Source: a virus (Duplodnaviria > Heunggongvirae > Uroviricota > Caudoviricetes). Taken from it: DNA of 36,030 bases. The translations under genes were made by a program, and so were the position numbers. Positions 8,390 through 18,426 of this stretch are shown here, piece by piece. The notes under the pieces were generated by a model. The model had not been told where the DNA came from, made no database searches, and saw only the letters and a list, made by a program, of their open reading frames with translations. The stretch spans positions 1-36,030 of IMG/VR virus record IMGVR_UViG_3300042535_000037. The stretch is one strand, 5' to 3'. Numbering within the stretch: the first letter of the stretch is position 1; every line of letters begins with the position of its first letter.

Positions 8390-9890
8390 TGAGATTGCAA
8401 ATATTAAAATAGATAACTCATACTTCTTGAAGAGTAGAAATGAATACTCCAACCCTATTGAATGGATTTGGTTCAGGGAAGCAATTCAAAACTCTTCAGA
8501 TGCAAAAGCAAAAAACATCAATATAAACATAGAATACAATGTAGTCACCTTTGAAGATGATGGATACGGAATGGATGAAAACATAATCCTTAACAAACTT
8601 CTAACCCTTGGTGGCTCCCAAAAGGATTCCGATTCAGTAGGTGGATTCGGAAAGGCTAAGGAAATACTTTTCTACACATGGCAAAAGTGGTCAATCTCAT
8701 CTAACAAGAACGGAACAAACTATTACATAGATAATTCCATGATAGGAAAATCCCCTATTCGTAAGTCTCTAACTTCATCTAAGAATGGAACCACTATTTC
8801 AATCACAATCGATGACAATATGCTTGAAACATATTGGTTATCAAATGCAGAATCATTCATAGGAACATGCAAATCATCAATTACCTTCAGACTCAACGGA
8901 GAAATAATCCCAACCTCTACTCTGAGAGGTCGCTATGCAGACTTCGATTGGGCTTCTATCATGACCAACAAGACTAACAAGTCCTATACATGCTACGTTC
9001 GTATGGGTGGCATCACAATGTTCACTATGAGGCTTGCAGTGCCTCTCACAGCAGTCATAGAACTCAAGGGAACCTCAGTAGAGACAATGAATAGTTCCAG
9101 AGAGAATCTTCGCTATGAATACAGAGAAAAATTCGAATCCTTTATTGCAGACCTGAACATTAATCCCAATGAATCGACTCGTAAGAAGAATCAGTCTCAG
9201 ACAATATACTTCGTGGGAGACTCCTTAGCAGAGAAAATCAAAAATATGATTCTTGAGTGCAAAGAACTTCTTGCCGCACAGGGTCATGATGTTGATGAAT
9301 TAGCTTATTCGATGGATTCAATAGCTAGTGGAGTCGTTAATATTCATGACATTAAGGCAAAAGTAGCAGAAATGAACCTTCCTCAGAGAATATCAGAGGA
9401 TATTGATGGAGTCATCAAGGAAAACTCTAAGTTCTTTGGAAAGATGGGCTACCAATACATAGTTCGTCTAGAAGGAGTTCAGAAACCATATATGGACCCT
9501 AACGCAAGAAACGCTCAGACAATTCTTCATATGTGGACTAAAATTGTAATGTACCTTGGAAAGAAGACATCCAATCCAAATCTCTCCGTAGGTCTAATCT
9601 TCAGAAACAAGGAAGACGATGAACAATGCAGAGGTCTCAACATATATTTCCATGAAAAGGAATACATACTCATCAACCCTATGATTGTTCGCTCAATCAA
9701 GAATCCTATAGAACTTGGACTCCAACTATTTCCAGTTGCATGTCATGAAGTTGCTCACCACAAGGAACAAAATCACAACGAGGACTTCACATCACTCTAT
9801 GGAACCTATCTACAGTTCCTCTCCGAAGATTGGGATGAACTTAGAAAAATGTTCATTCAGGCAAAAATGGAAGCATCTTCTTCCATTTAA
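8385..9890 (+). CDS. GHKL (HSP90/MutL/MORC-like) ATPase with C-terminal HExxH zincin-like motif
   Basis: REAIQNSSDA (N box), EDDGYGM (G1), GGFGKAK (G2), NGTT (G3); C-terminal ACHEVAHHKEQNHNEDF. Confidence 0.8.
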   Translation: MSEIANIKIDNSYFLKSRNEYSNPIEWIWFREAIQNSSDAKAKNININIEYNVVTFEDDGYGMDENIILNKLLTLGGSQKDSDSVGGFGKAKEILFYTWQKWSISSNKNGTNYYIDNSMIGKSPIRKSLTSSKNGTTISITIDDNMLETYWLSNAESFIGTCKSSITFRLNGEIIPTSTLRGRYADFDWASIMTNKTNKSYTCYVRMGGITMFTMRLAVPLTAVIELKGTSVETMNSSRENLRYEYREKFESFIADLNINPNESTRKKNQSQTIYFVGDSLAEKIKNMILECKELLAAQGHDVDELAYSMDSIASGVVNIHDIKAKVAEMNLPQRISEDIDGVIKENSKFFGKMGYQYIVRLEGVQKPYMDPNARNAQTILHMWTKIVMYLGKKTSNPNLSVGLIFRNKEDDEQCRGLNIYFHEKEYILINPMIVRSIKNPIELGLQLFPVACHEVAHHKEQNHNEDFTSLYGTYLQFLSEDWDELRKMFIQAKMEASSSI

Positions 9891-9920
9891 TTTATATACA
9901 TTGAACGCGTATTCTTTCTT

Positions 9921-10106
9921 ATGTTACAGGTTGGAGATACCTTTGGGATTTTTAGTCCAGATGGGATAATAACAGAACGTGCATTCATTTCCAGACTAAG
10001 TGATGCTTCTATCTGGTACACAACAAAAAGCAATAATAGGAACCAGAGAGTCTCTCGCAAAACTTTCATGGATTGCATAATAGAAGGAACATTCAGAAAA
10101 ATCTAA
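9921..10106 (+). CDS. Small hypothetical protein (61 aa)
   Basis: TTTATATA at about 9891 in front of the ATG. Confidence 0.55.
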   Translation: MLQVGDTFGIFSPDGIITERAFISRLSDASIWYTTKSNNRNQRVSRKTFMDCIIEGTFRKI

Positions 10107-10145
10107 ACCATTAGTTTTTTATACATAAAACTCCTTTCTTCTACT

Positions 10146-10595
10146 ATGCGATTATTTACTGAAAAAGAACTTCGTTTAAAAGTTCAGCAGATGCTTGCTA
10201 CAAACAAAGGTGACTGCTCCATCACTGCTGAAGTTAAGAAGTACAGAGGAATCTCATATTCTCAGGTGTATGTACTTCAGCTTAATACGGAAGATGAACT
10301 CGCTTACTTCAATGTAATTTTCCAAATCAAAGACAAAAAAGTAGTCTCAATGATGGAAAAATACTGTGAATTTAACTATTCTATAGAGGTTGTTTCAAAT
10401 CCAGTTTGGACAACAGATAATGAATTGGCTCACAAGTCAATTGTAGAAGAAGCAGAAAATGATTTCTTTAAACAGCTAGATTTCATTATCTCCAAGCTTC
10501 TTGAGCGCAACACAAAAATTATGTTGACCCTCAGAAACTCACTCAAGAATACACAGGTAGACAACAAATATATACTCAAAATGCTAATGGAGTAA
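10146..10595 (+). CDS. Hypothetical protein (149 aa)
   Basis: TTTTATACATAAAA box upstream; ORF abuts pth2. Confidence 0.7.
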   Translation: MRLFTEKELRLKVQQMLATNKGDCSITAEVKKYRGISYSQVYVLQLNTEDELAYFNVIFQIKDKKVVSMMEKYCEFNYSIEVVSNPVWTTDNELAHKSIVEEAENDFFKQLDFIISKLLERNTKIMLTLRNSLKNTQVDNKYILKMLME

Positions 10596-10596
10596 C

Positions 10597-10953
10597 ATGT
10601 TTGAATTTAAACAAGTCATAGTAGTTAGAAAAGATATTAACATGTCTCCCGCCAAACTCGGAGTTCAAATTGCTCATGCCTGCGTTGGAGCCTTGGAAAA
10701 ATCCAACCACAAGAATTTTGACCATTGGTTCGGAAATGGCTATGAGCAGAAAAAAGTGGTTCTTCAGGTTCCTACCCTAGAAGCCTTGAATGACCTCTAT
10801 GTTCACGCCTGTAAAGAAAACTATCAACCTTTCCTAGTCATAGATGCAGGACTCACAGAGCTCCCACCTGACACTCCTACTTGTATAGGCTTTCCACCGT
10901 ACAACTCAAAATTCATTGATGTGTTGACGGGTAAGCTTAAATTATACAAATGA
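10597..10953 (+). CDS. pth2: Peptidyl-tRNA hydrolase, Pth2 family
   Basis: KQVIVVRKDINMSPAKLGVQIAHA, KKVVLQV and IDAGLTELPPDTPTCIG..P...IDVLTGKLKLY match the Pth2 signature. Confidence 0.93.
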   Translation: MFEFKQVIVVRKDINMSPAKLGVQIAHACVGALEKSNHKNFDHWFGNGYEQKKVVLQVPTLEALNDLYVHACKENYQPFLVIDAGLTELPPDTPTCIGFPPYNSKFIDVLTGKLKLYK

Positions 10954-10974
10954 CATATTATATATGGTGACATT

Positions 10975-11814
10975 ATGGAAGTTAGAGAAAATTTGAATAG
11001 ATTGGAAAAAACCAACGCTGATATTGCCACAATATTCAGAATGGTTCCAAGTGCTATAAACGAGCATTTGAAAGCCATCAAGGATACAGAAGAAGAATTC
11101 AACAGAATGGAAAAGAATCACGAATTGGTTCTCAAGAAGAATCTTCTGTTGACTAAGAAACTTTCTCTTGCGGAAGGCGAACTTGAAACTCTTCGCAAAA
11201 TCAAAGAGGATTTCAACTCCACACTTGAGGGTATGACAAGAGAAATCTCTGAGAAGGATTCCACTATCAACAAACTTAGCACCGAAGAAGTAGAAGCTTT
11301 TCAAAAATTCAAGGAAGAGCATGAAAAAGCTATGTTCAAACTAAGAGAAGAGATAGCTGAGAAGAATGCAATCATAGATGAACTCAGAGCGGAAGTCATT
11401 AATGCTCTTAACAAGGTTCCAGAGGTAGTCTATATACCAGAAAAAGTAGAAGTGCCTCAAGTCGTTGAACCTGTACAGGAAGTCCTTGAAAAATCAGAAG
11501 TCTCAATTCTTCAGACACCAATCCTCATCCCTCAAATAGAAATTCCAAAAGAAGTTAACGGTGTCACATTTGAAGGATTCCACTTGGAAAAGACCCCAAC
11601 TCACTACAGATTTGGAATGTCTTCAAAGATGTACAAACTCAAACATGCAGAAGTAGAACAAATCATTAGTGAGATTCCAGAGGACTTCAGCACCGAAAGC
11701 GAAACTTACGGTAGCAGGCGTAGAATTGGTTCTATAATGCGTCTACTCTACTTGGTATATGGTGGAACTATCTATAGTGCCAAGAGAAGCGTAACTCACT
11801 ACAAGAAGCCTTAA
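10975..11814 (+). CDS. Coiled-coil protein (279 aa)
   Basis: GGTGA RBS; long E/K/L heptad-rich N-terminal half, P/V/E linker, small globular C-terminus. Confidence 0.75.
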   Translation: MEVRENLNRLEKTNADIATIFRMVPSAINEHLKAIKDTEEEFNRMEKNHELVLKKNLLLTKKLSLAEGELETLRKIKEDFNSTLEGMTREISEKDSTINKLSTEEVEAFQKFKEEHEKAMFKLREEIAEKNAIIDELRAEVINALNKVPEVVYIPEKVEVPQVVEPVQEVLEKSEVSILQTPILIPQIEIPKEVNGVTFEGFHLEKTPTHYRFGMSSKMYKLKHAEVEQIISEIPEDFSTESETYGSRRRIGSIMRLLYLVYGGTIYSAKRSVTHYKKP

Positions 11815-11839
11815 ATATCATCAAAGTATATGTGATATC

Positions 11840-13462
11840 ATGAGATTAGATACATTTGGACTCACACAGGAAGAAAACGACTTGGTGAAAGACGGTATCT
11901 TCGTACCGCCTAAATTCATCAATTCCTTCACTACAACTCAACACGACTTCGAGGAAGTCACCCTGAGACTCGCTTCTCTGGATACATATTATCTCTCAGT
12001 CTATATAGAAGACCTCTCTCCTATATATGCATATGAAGCCAACAGGAAGGGAAATGTAGCCTTTGTAATGAAAGCCGACAATAGCTATGTTCTTGACTTC
12101 ATCAGAATGCAGACATCGGCAAAGAAATTCATCATAGTTAGTGACAGCTTCCTTCACACAATGGCTGTTGGAACAATCCCCGCGTCAAATAAGGGCATGA
12201 CCAATTTCATTTCTCCAAAAGAAGTCATGCAAACCCTCTATCAAGAGAAAGAGCAAAACATAGCAATATTCTTTGAATCTCAAATGGCTGCTAAGTATCC
12301 ATTTGCAAACAAAGAACTATTGATGCCAACTTACCACTGCAACTTCACAGAACCAAACATGGTAGTTCTATCTTCATATCTCAACATCAAAGACTCCTAC
12401 GTATCTTCTCCTGATGGAATGAGAACTGACTATACGACTCTCCAAACCATATCAAAACTCTCAGTTGACATCATGAGAAAAATCTACCTTGGATACCAAA
12501 ATGTATGTCCAATCCCAACTCAAAAAATGGTAGAAAACTTCAACAGTAACCCACAGTGTTTCATCAACATAATTGGTGTTGAAGACCTCATGAGCAATCT
12601 CAACCTTAACAATTTCGCAAGCTTTGATACTCTTTCAAAGATAGTTAAGGTTGTTCAAGAGCAGATGTGGATAGAAAACAACAAGCTTGGCGGTAGAAAA
12701 CCATTTTCATCCTTCGCACAGTCAAGACTCAAGGAAAACAAGATGCTTACATCGCCTGTTTTCTCCACTCTAACATCTATGGTATCAGTACCATATACAG
12801 AAAACTATCTTTCAGTGGGTGATATTCCATCTGCTATAGCAGTTCAAAAAGACCTTCAAAACATTGTTGATAATGCAGTCTACATGAAATTTGATGTCTC
12901 AAAGATATCTGAGCAGTCCTTCATATCACTTGCTAAGACCCTCTGTGAACGAAAAGTGACATCTCTTGTCTATAGAGACATAGAAGTCAAGTCTATGCCA
13001 ATCCAAGTGCATAGACCTGAAATTGTACTTCCAGAAAACGCCCAAACTAAACCAATTCAGGAAGACCAGAAAGCTTCAACCAAGCCAATTCCCAATGTGG
13101 ATGACCTTAACGGGAAATCCATCTTTGAAGTTGCAACTGAAGAAGGTCAAATGTATGTCGAACCTGAAATACTTCCAGAGTATACAGAAGATGATTTCGA
13201 GGAAGAGCCTGACCTAGTTCCAGAAGAAGAATTTGAAGAAAGTGAACCCGAATCCGAAAGACTTATATCCGCTCCAACCCCTATAGTACCTTCCCGACCT
13301 GTGAGGCAGAACTTGAACACAATATATGTATCCAAGAAAATAGATGGAATATGGAACCTATACGTCATAGAAGATGGCGAATGCATTGCTGTTCTGTCTT
13401 CCGAAGGTGAGGCAACTCCCGCGCAACTGATAGAGCAATACAAGAACCTTGCTCTTCCTTAA
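11840..13462 (+). CDS. Hypothetical protein (540 aa) with acidic low-complexity C-terminal region
   Basis: Long ORF; EEEPDLVPEEEFEESEPESE tract. Confidence 0.8.
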   Translation: MRLDTFGLTQEENDLVKDGIFVPPKFINSFTTTQHDFEEVTLRLASLDTYYLSVYIEDLSPIYAYEANRKGNVAFVMKADNSYVLDFIRMQTSAKKFIIVSDSFLHTMAVGTIPASNKGMTNFISPKEVMQTLYQEKEQNIAIFFESQMAAKYPFANKELLMPTYHCNFTEPNMVVLSSYLNIKDSYVSSPDGMRTDYTTLQTISKLSVDIMRKIYLGYQNVCPIPTQKMVENFNSNPQCFINIIGVEDLMSNLNLNNFASFDTLSKIVKVVQEQMWIENNKLGGRKPFSSFAQSRLKENKMLTSPVFSTLTSMVSVPYTENYLSVGDIPSAIAVQKDLQNIVDNAVYMKFDVSKISEQSFISLAKTLCERKVTSLVYRDIEVKSMPIQVHRPEIVLPENAQTKPIQEDQKASTKPIPNVDDLNGKSIFEVATEEGQMYVEPEILPEYTEDDFEEEPDLVPEEEFEESEPESERLISAPTPIVPSRPVRQNLNTIYVSKKIDGIWNLYVIEDGECIAVLSSEGEATPAQLIEQYKNLALP

Positions 13463-13480
13463 ATTTTTTGAGGAATAATC

Positions 13481-15829
13481 ATGAAAGTACAAAAGAGAAA
13501 TGGTCTAGTCGTAGACTTCGACAAGTCAAAAATCGTAAATGCCATTAATAAGGCAATGGAATATTCCGAATCTGGAATAGACACTGCTCTATCACTTGAA
13601 ATTGCCGACAATATAGAAGGTATCACTTCTATGTATCCTAAAAACTACATTACTGTAGAAAAGATACAAGACCTTGTGGAAACCCTTCTTATGTCTTCCG
13701 AGAGGAAAGAAGTAGCCAAGCGTTACATTCTCTACCGTCAGCAAAAAACTACGGAACGCCTCATCGAGAAAAATGAACCAAAACTCCTTTCAGAAGAATT
13801 TATTTCTGAATATAAACATGCTCCATCACCATTCACATCTCAGCTTGGTCTTTTCATCTACTACCGCACATATTCCCGCTTCCTTCCAGAGTTAGGTAGA
13901 CGCGAAGATTGGCTGGAAACAGTTCGCAGAGTCGTTGAATACAACTGCTCCCTCGTACCTACAACAAAAGATGAAGCAGAAGAACTATTCGATAACATCT
14001 ATAACCTTCGTCAATTCCCTTCAGGTCGTTCTCTATGGGTAGGTGGTACAGACATAGTTTCCGACTATGGTCTCTCAGCTTTCAACTGTACTTTCACACG
14101 AATCCAACGCTTCACTGATTTCACAGAGCTCTTCTACCTGCTCATGTTAGGTGCAGGTGTAGGCTTCCGTATCCTTAAATCAGATGTTCAATCTCTACCA
14201 AGAGTGCGCACAGGTTATACTCTCATTCATAAGGATTACGAGTATAACTCAGAAAAAGTAGATTTCACATCAACTGACTTCACCTCTGATGAAACCGTAA
14301 CCATCCGAGTAGGAGACTCCAAAGAAGGTTGGACCCAAGCCCTAGAAGCATATTTCCGTATCATCTCTGACTCAAAATATCGTACCATCAAAACAATCAT
14401 CATTGACTACGATTATGTTCGAGAAAAAGGCTCCAAACTCAAGAAATTTGGCGGAACCGCTTCAGGTCACGAATCCCTCAAAGATATGTTCACAGGAATC
14501 GACAAAACTCTCAAGCGTGAAAACACATCACCCCTCAAACTTCGCCCTATCCATTGTCTCGACATCTGTAACATCATAGGAGAAAATGTTGTTAGTGGTG
14601 GAGTTCGTAGAACTTCAGAAGTAGGACTCATAGACTCAGATGATGAGGAAGTCATAAAAGCCAAATCTAATCTCTACATAGAAAAAGATGGCAAGTGGCA
14701 ACTTAACAAGGAAATAGGTCACAGACGATACTCCAACAACACCATTGTCTATACATACAAACCTTCAAGAGAAGAATGGCATACTCATATGACGACCATG
14801 CGCTATTCTGGCGAACCAGCTTTCATGAATCTGGTAGCAGCTATGCTCAGACGTGCAGACGCAGAAGGCGGAAATCCATGTATGGAAATCCTCTTGCGTG
14901 ACAAAGGAACCTGTAATCTTACTACAGTCAACGCTATGGCATTCGTAGAATACGATGAAACCATAAGAGACTACGTTCTCAGTATAGATGGACTCATGAG
15001 AACCTGCTATATGTCTGCTCGCGTTTCCTATAGAATGACTTGTATAGAACTTGAGATGGAGCACTGGAATGACGTTCACAAGGAAGACCGTCTTACAGGA
15101 TGTTCCCTGACAGGATGGCAAGACATGGTTAATGCTTGCGACTTCACCAAGGATGAGGAAGCTTCAATACTTGCATCTCTCAGACATGCCTCTAAGAAGG
15201 GTGCATACGACCTAGCCGATGCTTTAGGTCTACCTAGACCAAAACTCGTCACTACGGTCAAGCCAGAAGGTTCCCTGAGTCTTCTACCTGTAGTATCTTC
15301 AGGTGTACACTACTCTCACTCTCCATACTACATCAGAAGAGTACGTATATCAGCAGATGACCCACTCTGTAAAGTTTGTGAAGAGCTTGAATACCCTGTC
15401 TTCCCAGAGGTCGGAGAAAGTGAGGAAAGCTGTAAGACCAAAGTGATTGAGTTCCCCGTCAAAGCACCTGAAGGAAAAACCAAGAGAGATGTATATGCTC
15501 TTGAGCAACTTGAGAACTACAAGCGTTTCATGACTCATTACTGTGACCAGAACGTATCAATCACCGTTCACGTTCGTAATGATGAATGGCAACTTGTAGA
15601 AGATTGGGTCTACGAAAATTGGGATGGCGTGGTAGCTATGTCTTTCCTATCATACGATGAGTCTTTCCATCAGCTTCAACCATACGAAGAAATCACAGAA
15701 GAAGAATATAGAAATCGTGTAGCATTGATGAAACCATTTGACCCAATGCTAATTTCTAAGTATGAAGTCGAACAAGCCGAATACGAAATCGATGAAAAGT
15801 GTGAGTCGGGTGCTTGTCCGATTCGCTAA
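13481..15829 (+). CDS. nrdJ: Class II (B12-dependent) ribonucleotide reductase with N-terminal ATP-cone
   Basis: ATP-cone VQKRNG..V.FDKSKI..AI; YYRTYSR, FPSGRSLW, AFNC, NPCMEI (thiyl Cys), TTVKPEG, C-terminal CESGACPIR. Confidence 0.93.
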   Translation: MKVQKRNGLVVDFDKSKIVNAINKAMEYSESGIDTALSLEIADNIEGITSMYPKNYITVEKIQDLVETLLMSSERKEVAKRYILYRQQKTTERLIEKNEPKLLSEEFISEYKHAPSPFTSQLGLFIYYRTYSRFLPELGRREDWLETVRRVVEYNCSLVPTTKDEAEELFDNIYNLRQFPSGRSLWVGGTDIVSDYGLSAFNCTFTRIQRFTDFTELFYLLMLGAGVGFRILKSDVQSLPRVRTGYTLIHKDYEYNSEKVDFTSTDFTSDETVTIRVGDSKEGWTQALEAYFRIISDSKYRTIKTIIIDYDYVREKGSKLKKFGGTASGHESLKDMFTGIDKTLKRENTSPLKLRPIHCLDICNIIGENVVSGGVRRTSEVGLIDSDDEEVIKAKSNLYIEKDGKWQLNKEIGHRRYSNNTIVYTYKPSREEWHTHMTTMRYSGEPAFMNLVAAMLRRADAEGGNPCMEILLRDKGTCNLTTVNAMAFVEYDETIRDYVLSIDGLMRTCYMSARVSYRMTCIELEMEHWNDVHKEDRLTGCSLTGWQDMVNACDFTKDEEASILASLRHASKKGAYDLADALGLPRPKLVTTVKPEGSLSLLPVVSSGVHYSHSPYYIRRVRISADDPLCKVCEELEYPVFPEVGESEESCKTKVIEFPVKAPEGKTKRDVYALEQLENYKRFMTHYCDQNVSITVHVRNDEWQLVEDWVYENWDGVVAMSFLSYDESFHQLQPYEEITEEEYRNRVALMKPFDPMLISKYEVEQAEYEIDEKCESGACPIR

Positions 15830-15879
15830 TCTTTTTACCGATACATTTTTATATACAAAAAACAATAAGTAGTGATTAC

Positions 15880-16326
15880 ATGGCTAAACCAAATATGATG
15901 GACTTGTTTTCCGTATCGGATGACTCTATTGATTGCGGGAAAAATGTGGGAATATGCACAGGAGCATCATGCCCTAAGTTCAGTGAAGAACTAGTGTGTT
16001 GCCACAACTGCAAAAAGAACACCACATGCGCAATCGTTTGCAAACTTGTCAAACGTGATATGGATGCTCATGAAAAAAATCACAAAGCAATTCCATTCTA
16101 CCCAAAGAAATGTAGAATACATGATGATTGTCCACCCATATCTCACTTCGAAGAATGTGACTATGACCCGATTTCTTCAAAAAAGCTAATCGGATATTCT
16201 CAAACTTGTTGTGAATTCTGCTCAGAGAAGCCAAAATGTGACATAGTATGTCCAATTATCAGAGCGGGAATCACCGGAAAAGACGATAAGTTCTACAATG
16301 ACTTGGTGCAAATCACCAAATCATAA
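15880..16326 (+). CDS. Cys-rich metal-binding protein with duplicated CC-x2-C-x5-C-x3-C motif (148 aa)
   Basis: Start moved to ATG 15880 downstream of the TTTATATA box; motifs CCHNCKKNTTCAIVC and CCEFCSEKPKCDIVC. Confidence 0.7.
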   Translation: MAKPNMMDLFSVSDDSIDCGKNVGICTGASCPKFSEELVCCHNCKKNTTCAIVCKLVKRDMDAHEKNHKAIPFYPKKCRIHDDCPPISHFEECDYDPISSKKLIGYSQTCCEFCSEKPKCDIVCPIIRAGITGKDDKFYNDLVQITKS

Positions 16327-16469
16327 CTTTATTATATACAAATTATTATAATAGTGTAAACTGTTGACATTCATCAAAAAACTGGCATCCACAATCCTTA
16401 AATACAAAAAGTTACTATAAGGGTGTGTTTACAAGTTTTTGATAAATAGATTGAATTGGAGAAAATACA

Positions 16470-17495
16470 ATGAGTAATCAAAAGATTGAACTCTTAGCAT
16501 ATATGAAAGAATGGACTATATTGACCGCTCAGACATATGGAAAAGACACAGCAGAAATTGAAGCCGTACTCGAAACAGCCATTGATGCAAAGCTCTCAGA
16601 ACTTGCACAGCTTGGATATATTGCAGGAAATGATATTTCCTACGCAGATGTCGCAGAAATGATTCAGACAGACATCGTTACCGAGTTCAAGACCGAAGCT
16701 GCAATTACAAAAATGCCCTTCAGAATCCTTGTAGTAGGAAGACACGCTACAGGAAAAGGAAAAACCTCTGGAAAACACAACGTCACTGCTGTTGTATGGG
16801 TATATGGAGAAAATGACCCCAACATGGCAATCAAGAAAGCAAAAATCTCAGCCTTTGAGGATGCAAACTTCGGAGACATCAACGTCAAGAAGGTTGAAGG
16901 TCTCAAGTCATTGGAATCATATTCCGCAGTTCTCCAATACAGAAAAGAAGAGATGGATGCCAACGGAGAGCTTGGCTTGAGTGCAGTCAAAGATACAGAG
17001 TTCGTGCCTGCTGAATTCGAACCTATTCCATCTACCGACATGAAGCGTAGAAAAGAAATCGTCATCAAGAACTATCCTCTCATTGAACTTGCACAGGCAA
17101 CAGCAAACAAGTCAAAGCAGCAGAAGGACACCAAGTTCACGGACCCCACAGACCTTCGTGTAATCAAGGTTTCAATCAAGGAAGTCTCAATCACCACTTC
17201 AAAAGATGGCGTGGACAACGGAAGATATGCTGTCATGGACTCTTCATACATGAAGTCAAAGTTCATCAACTTCAGCGTATTCATATCCCCTCGCCTCATT
17301 GAAGAAGCAGATTGTGGTGTAGGTTCTCAAGTACAGATACTCGGAACAATAGATATCAACTCAACCAATGGCGAACCTTCCATGAGAGCAGTTGCAGTCA
17401 TCCCAATCATGAGAAAACCTCTCAGCGATGAATACAAGGGTCAGATTCAGAAGCCTGAACAGCAGGCAGTATCCGGTGGCATATCACTCGACTAA
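16470..17495 (+). CDS. Putative OB-fold ssDNA-binding protein
   Basis: Beta-rich C-terminal domain (LRVIKVSIKEV...VGSQVQILGTI...MRAVAVIP) and position at the head of the replication operon; inference. Confidence 0.5.
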   Translation: MSNQKIELLAYMKEWTILTAQTYGKDTAEIEAVLETAIDAKLSELAQLGYIAGNDISYADVAEMIQTDIVTEFKTEAAITKMPFRILVVGRHATGKGKTSGKHNVTAVVWVYGENDPNMAIKKAKISAFEDANFGDINVKKVEGLKSLESYSAVLQYRKEEMDANGELGLSAVKDTEFVPAEFEPIPSTDMKRRKEIVIKNYPLIELAQATANKSKQQKDTKFTDPTDLRVIKVSIKEVSITTSKDGVDNGRYAVMDSSYMKSKFINFSVFISPRLIEEADCGVGSQVQILGTIDINSTNGEPSMRAVAVIPIMRKPLSDEYKGQIQKPEQQAVSGGISLD

Positions 17496-17508
17496 ACGAG
17501 GCTAAAGA

Positions 17509-18426
17509 ATGGCTGGAATTACAATTCCGCCACCTTCGGGTGGCATAAGTATACCAAATATCAACGGTGGATTCCAGAATCCACTTGCTCAGAAGAAGCA
17601 GGTGGACCCATTCAAGACCATCGAGGATATCTACACTGAAGACCAAGATAGAACCGTCAGAAAAGTACTCATATATGGACAAGAAGGGGTCGGAAAGACC
17701 CACTTCATGTACACAGCACCAAAACCTCTCTTCATCCTTGCCACTGAGGAACGAACCAAGCTCATCTTGCCAAAATTCGCCAACCTTGATAACAAGAATG
17801 ACATTGGAATAGTGCTTGTCAAATCCTATGATGATGTACTTCGCATGGCAGAGCTCGCAATTAAACGCCTCCAATCTGTCGAAAAAGAGAAAGGAGTCAT
17901 AGGCACAATTGCCATAGACTCAATCTCAACATTCAAAGACTACTGCATGATGAAACGTGCGGTAGAAAATGGATTCGATGGAAGAGACTTTGCTCAAATT
18001 AAATTCTCTCCACGCGATGACTACGGATTCATCAATGCCTATCACGATAAGGTAAGAGATACCATCATAGATAGTGGTTTCAACGTGATTGTAACTGCTA
18101 AGGAAAAGGCAAAATACAACACTACAGACCAATTCAAGATTGATGACTATCTTCCAGAAGGCAAAAATGACAATGCTCATGCATTCGATATCGTAATCAG
18201 AAACCTCATCAAAAATGGTGAGCCTTGGAGTGTCTTCAGAAAGACATCAATTGATGTTGGTATCGGTGGTCGGGAATATAGGATGATGGATTTCGCTGGA
18301 ATGTGTGTCAGTCTTGAAAATTTCAAGAAGAATCAACGTATGTTCACGTTCTCAGACTTCCAGAAACTCAAGAATGTAGAGGCTGCTAGAGAAGCAGCTA
18401 AAGAAAACTCAGAGGCAACTCAATGA
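17509..18426 (+). CDS. AAA_24/Sak4-like P-loop ATPase (putative recombination protein)
   Basis: KVLIYGQEGVGKT Walker A, IAIDSIS Walker B, VIVTA; position next to the SSB-like gene. Confidence 0.75.
   Translation: MAGITIPPPSGGISIPNINGGFQNPLAQKKQVDPFKTIEDIYTEDQDRTVRKVLIYGQEGVGKTHFMYTAPKPLFILATEERTKLILPKFANLDNKNDIGIVLVKSYDDVLRMAELAIKRLQSVEKEKGVIGTIAIDSISTFKDYCMMKRAVENGFDGRDFAQIKFSPRDDYGFINAYHDKVRDTIIDSGFNVIVTAKEKAKYNTTDQFKIDDYLPEGKNDNAHAFDIVIRNLIKNGEPWSVFRKTSIDVGIGGREYRMMDFAGMCVSLENFKKNQRMFTFSDFQKLKNVEAAREAAKENSEATQ

Noticed and set aside
16355-16433. TGTAAAC/GTTTACA inverted pair in the intergenic region before the SSB-like gene, as a possible origin
   Set aside because: Only 7 bp, widely spaced, and no iterons; expected by chance in AT-rich DNA
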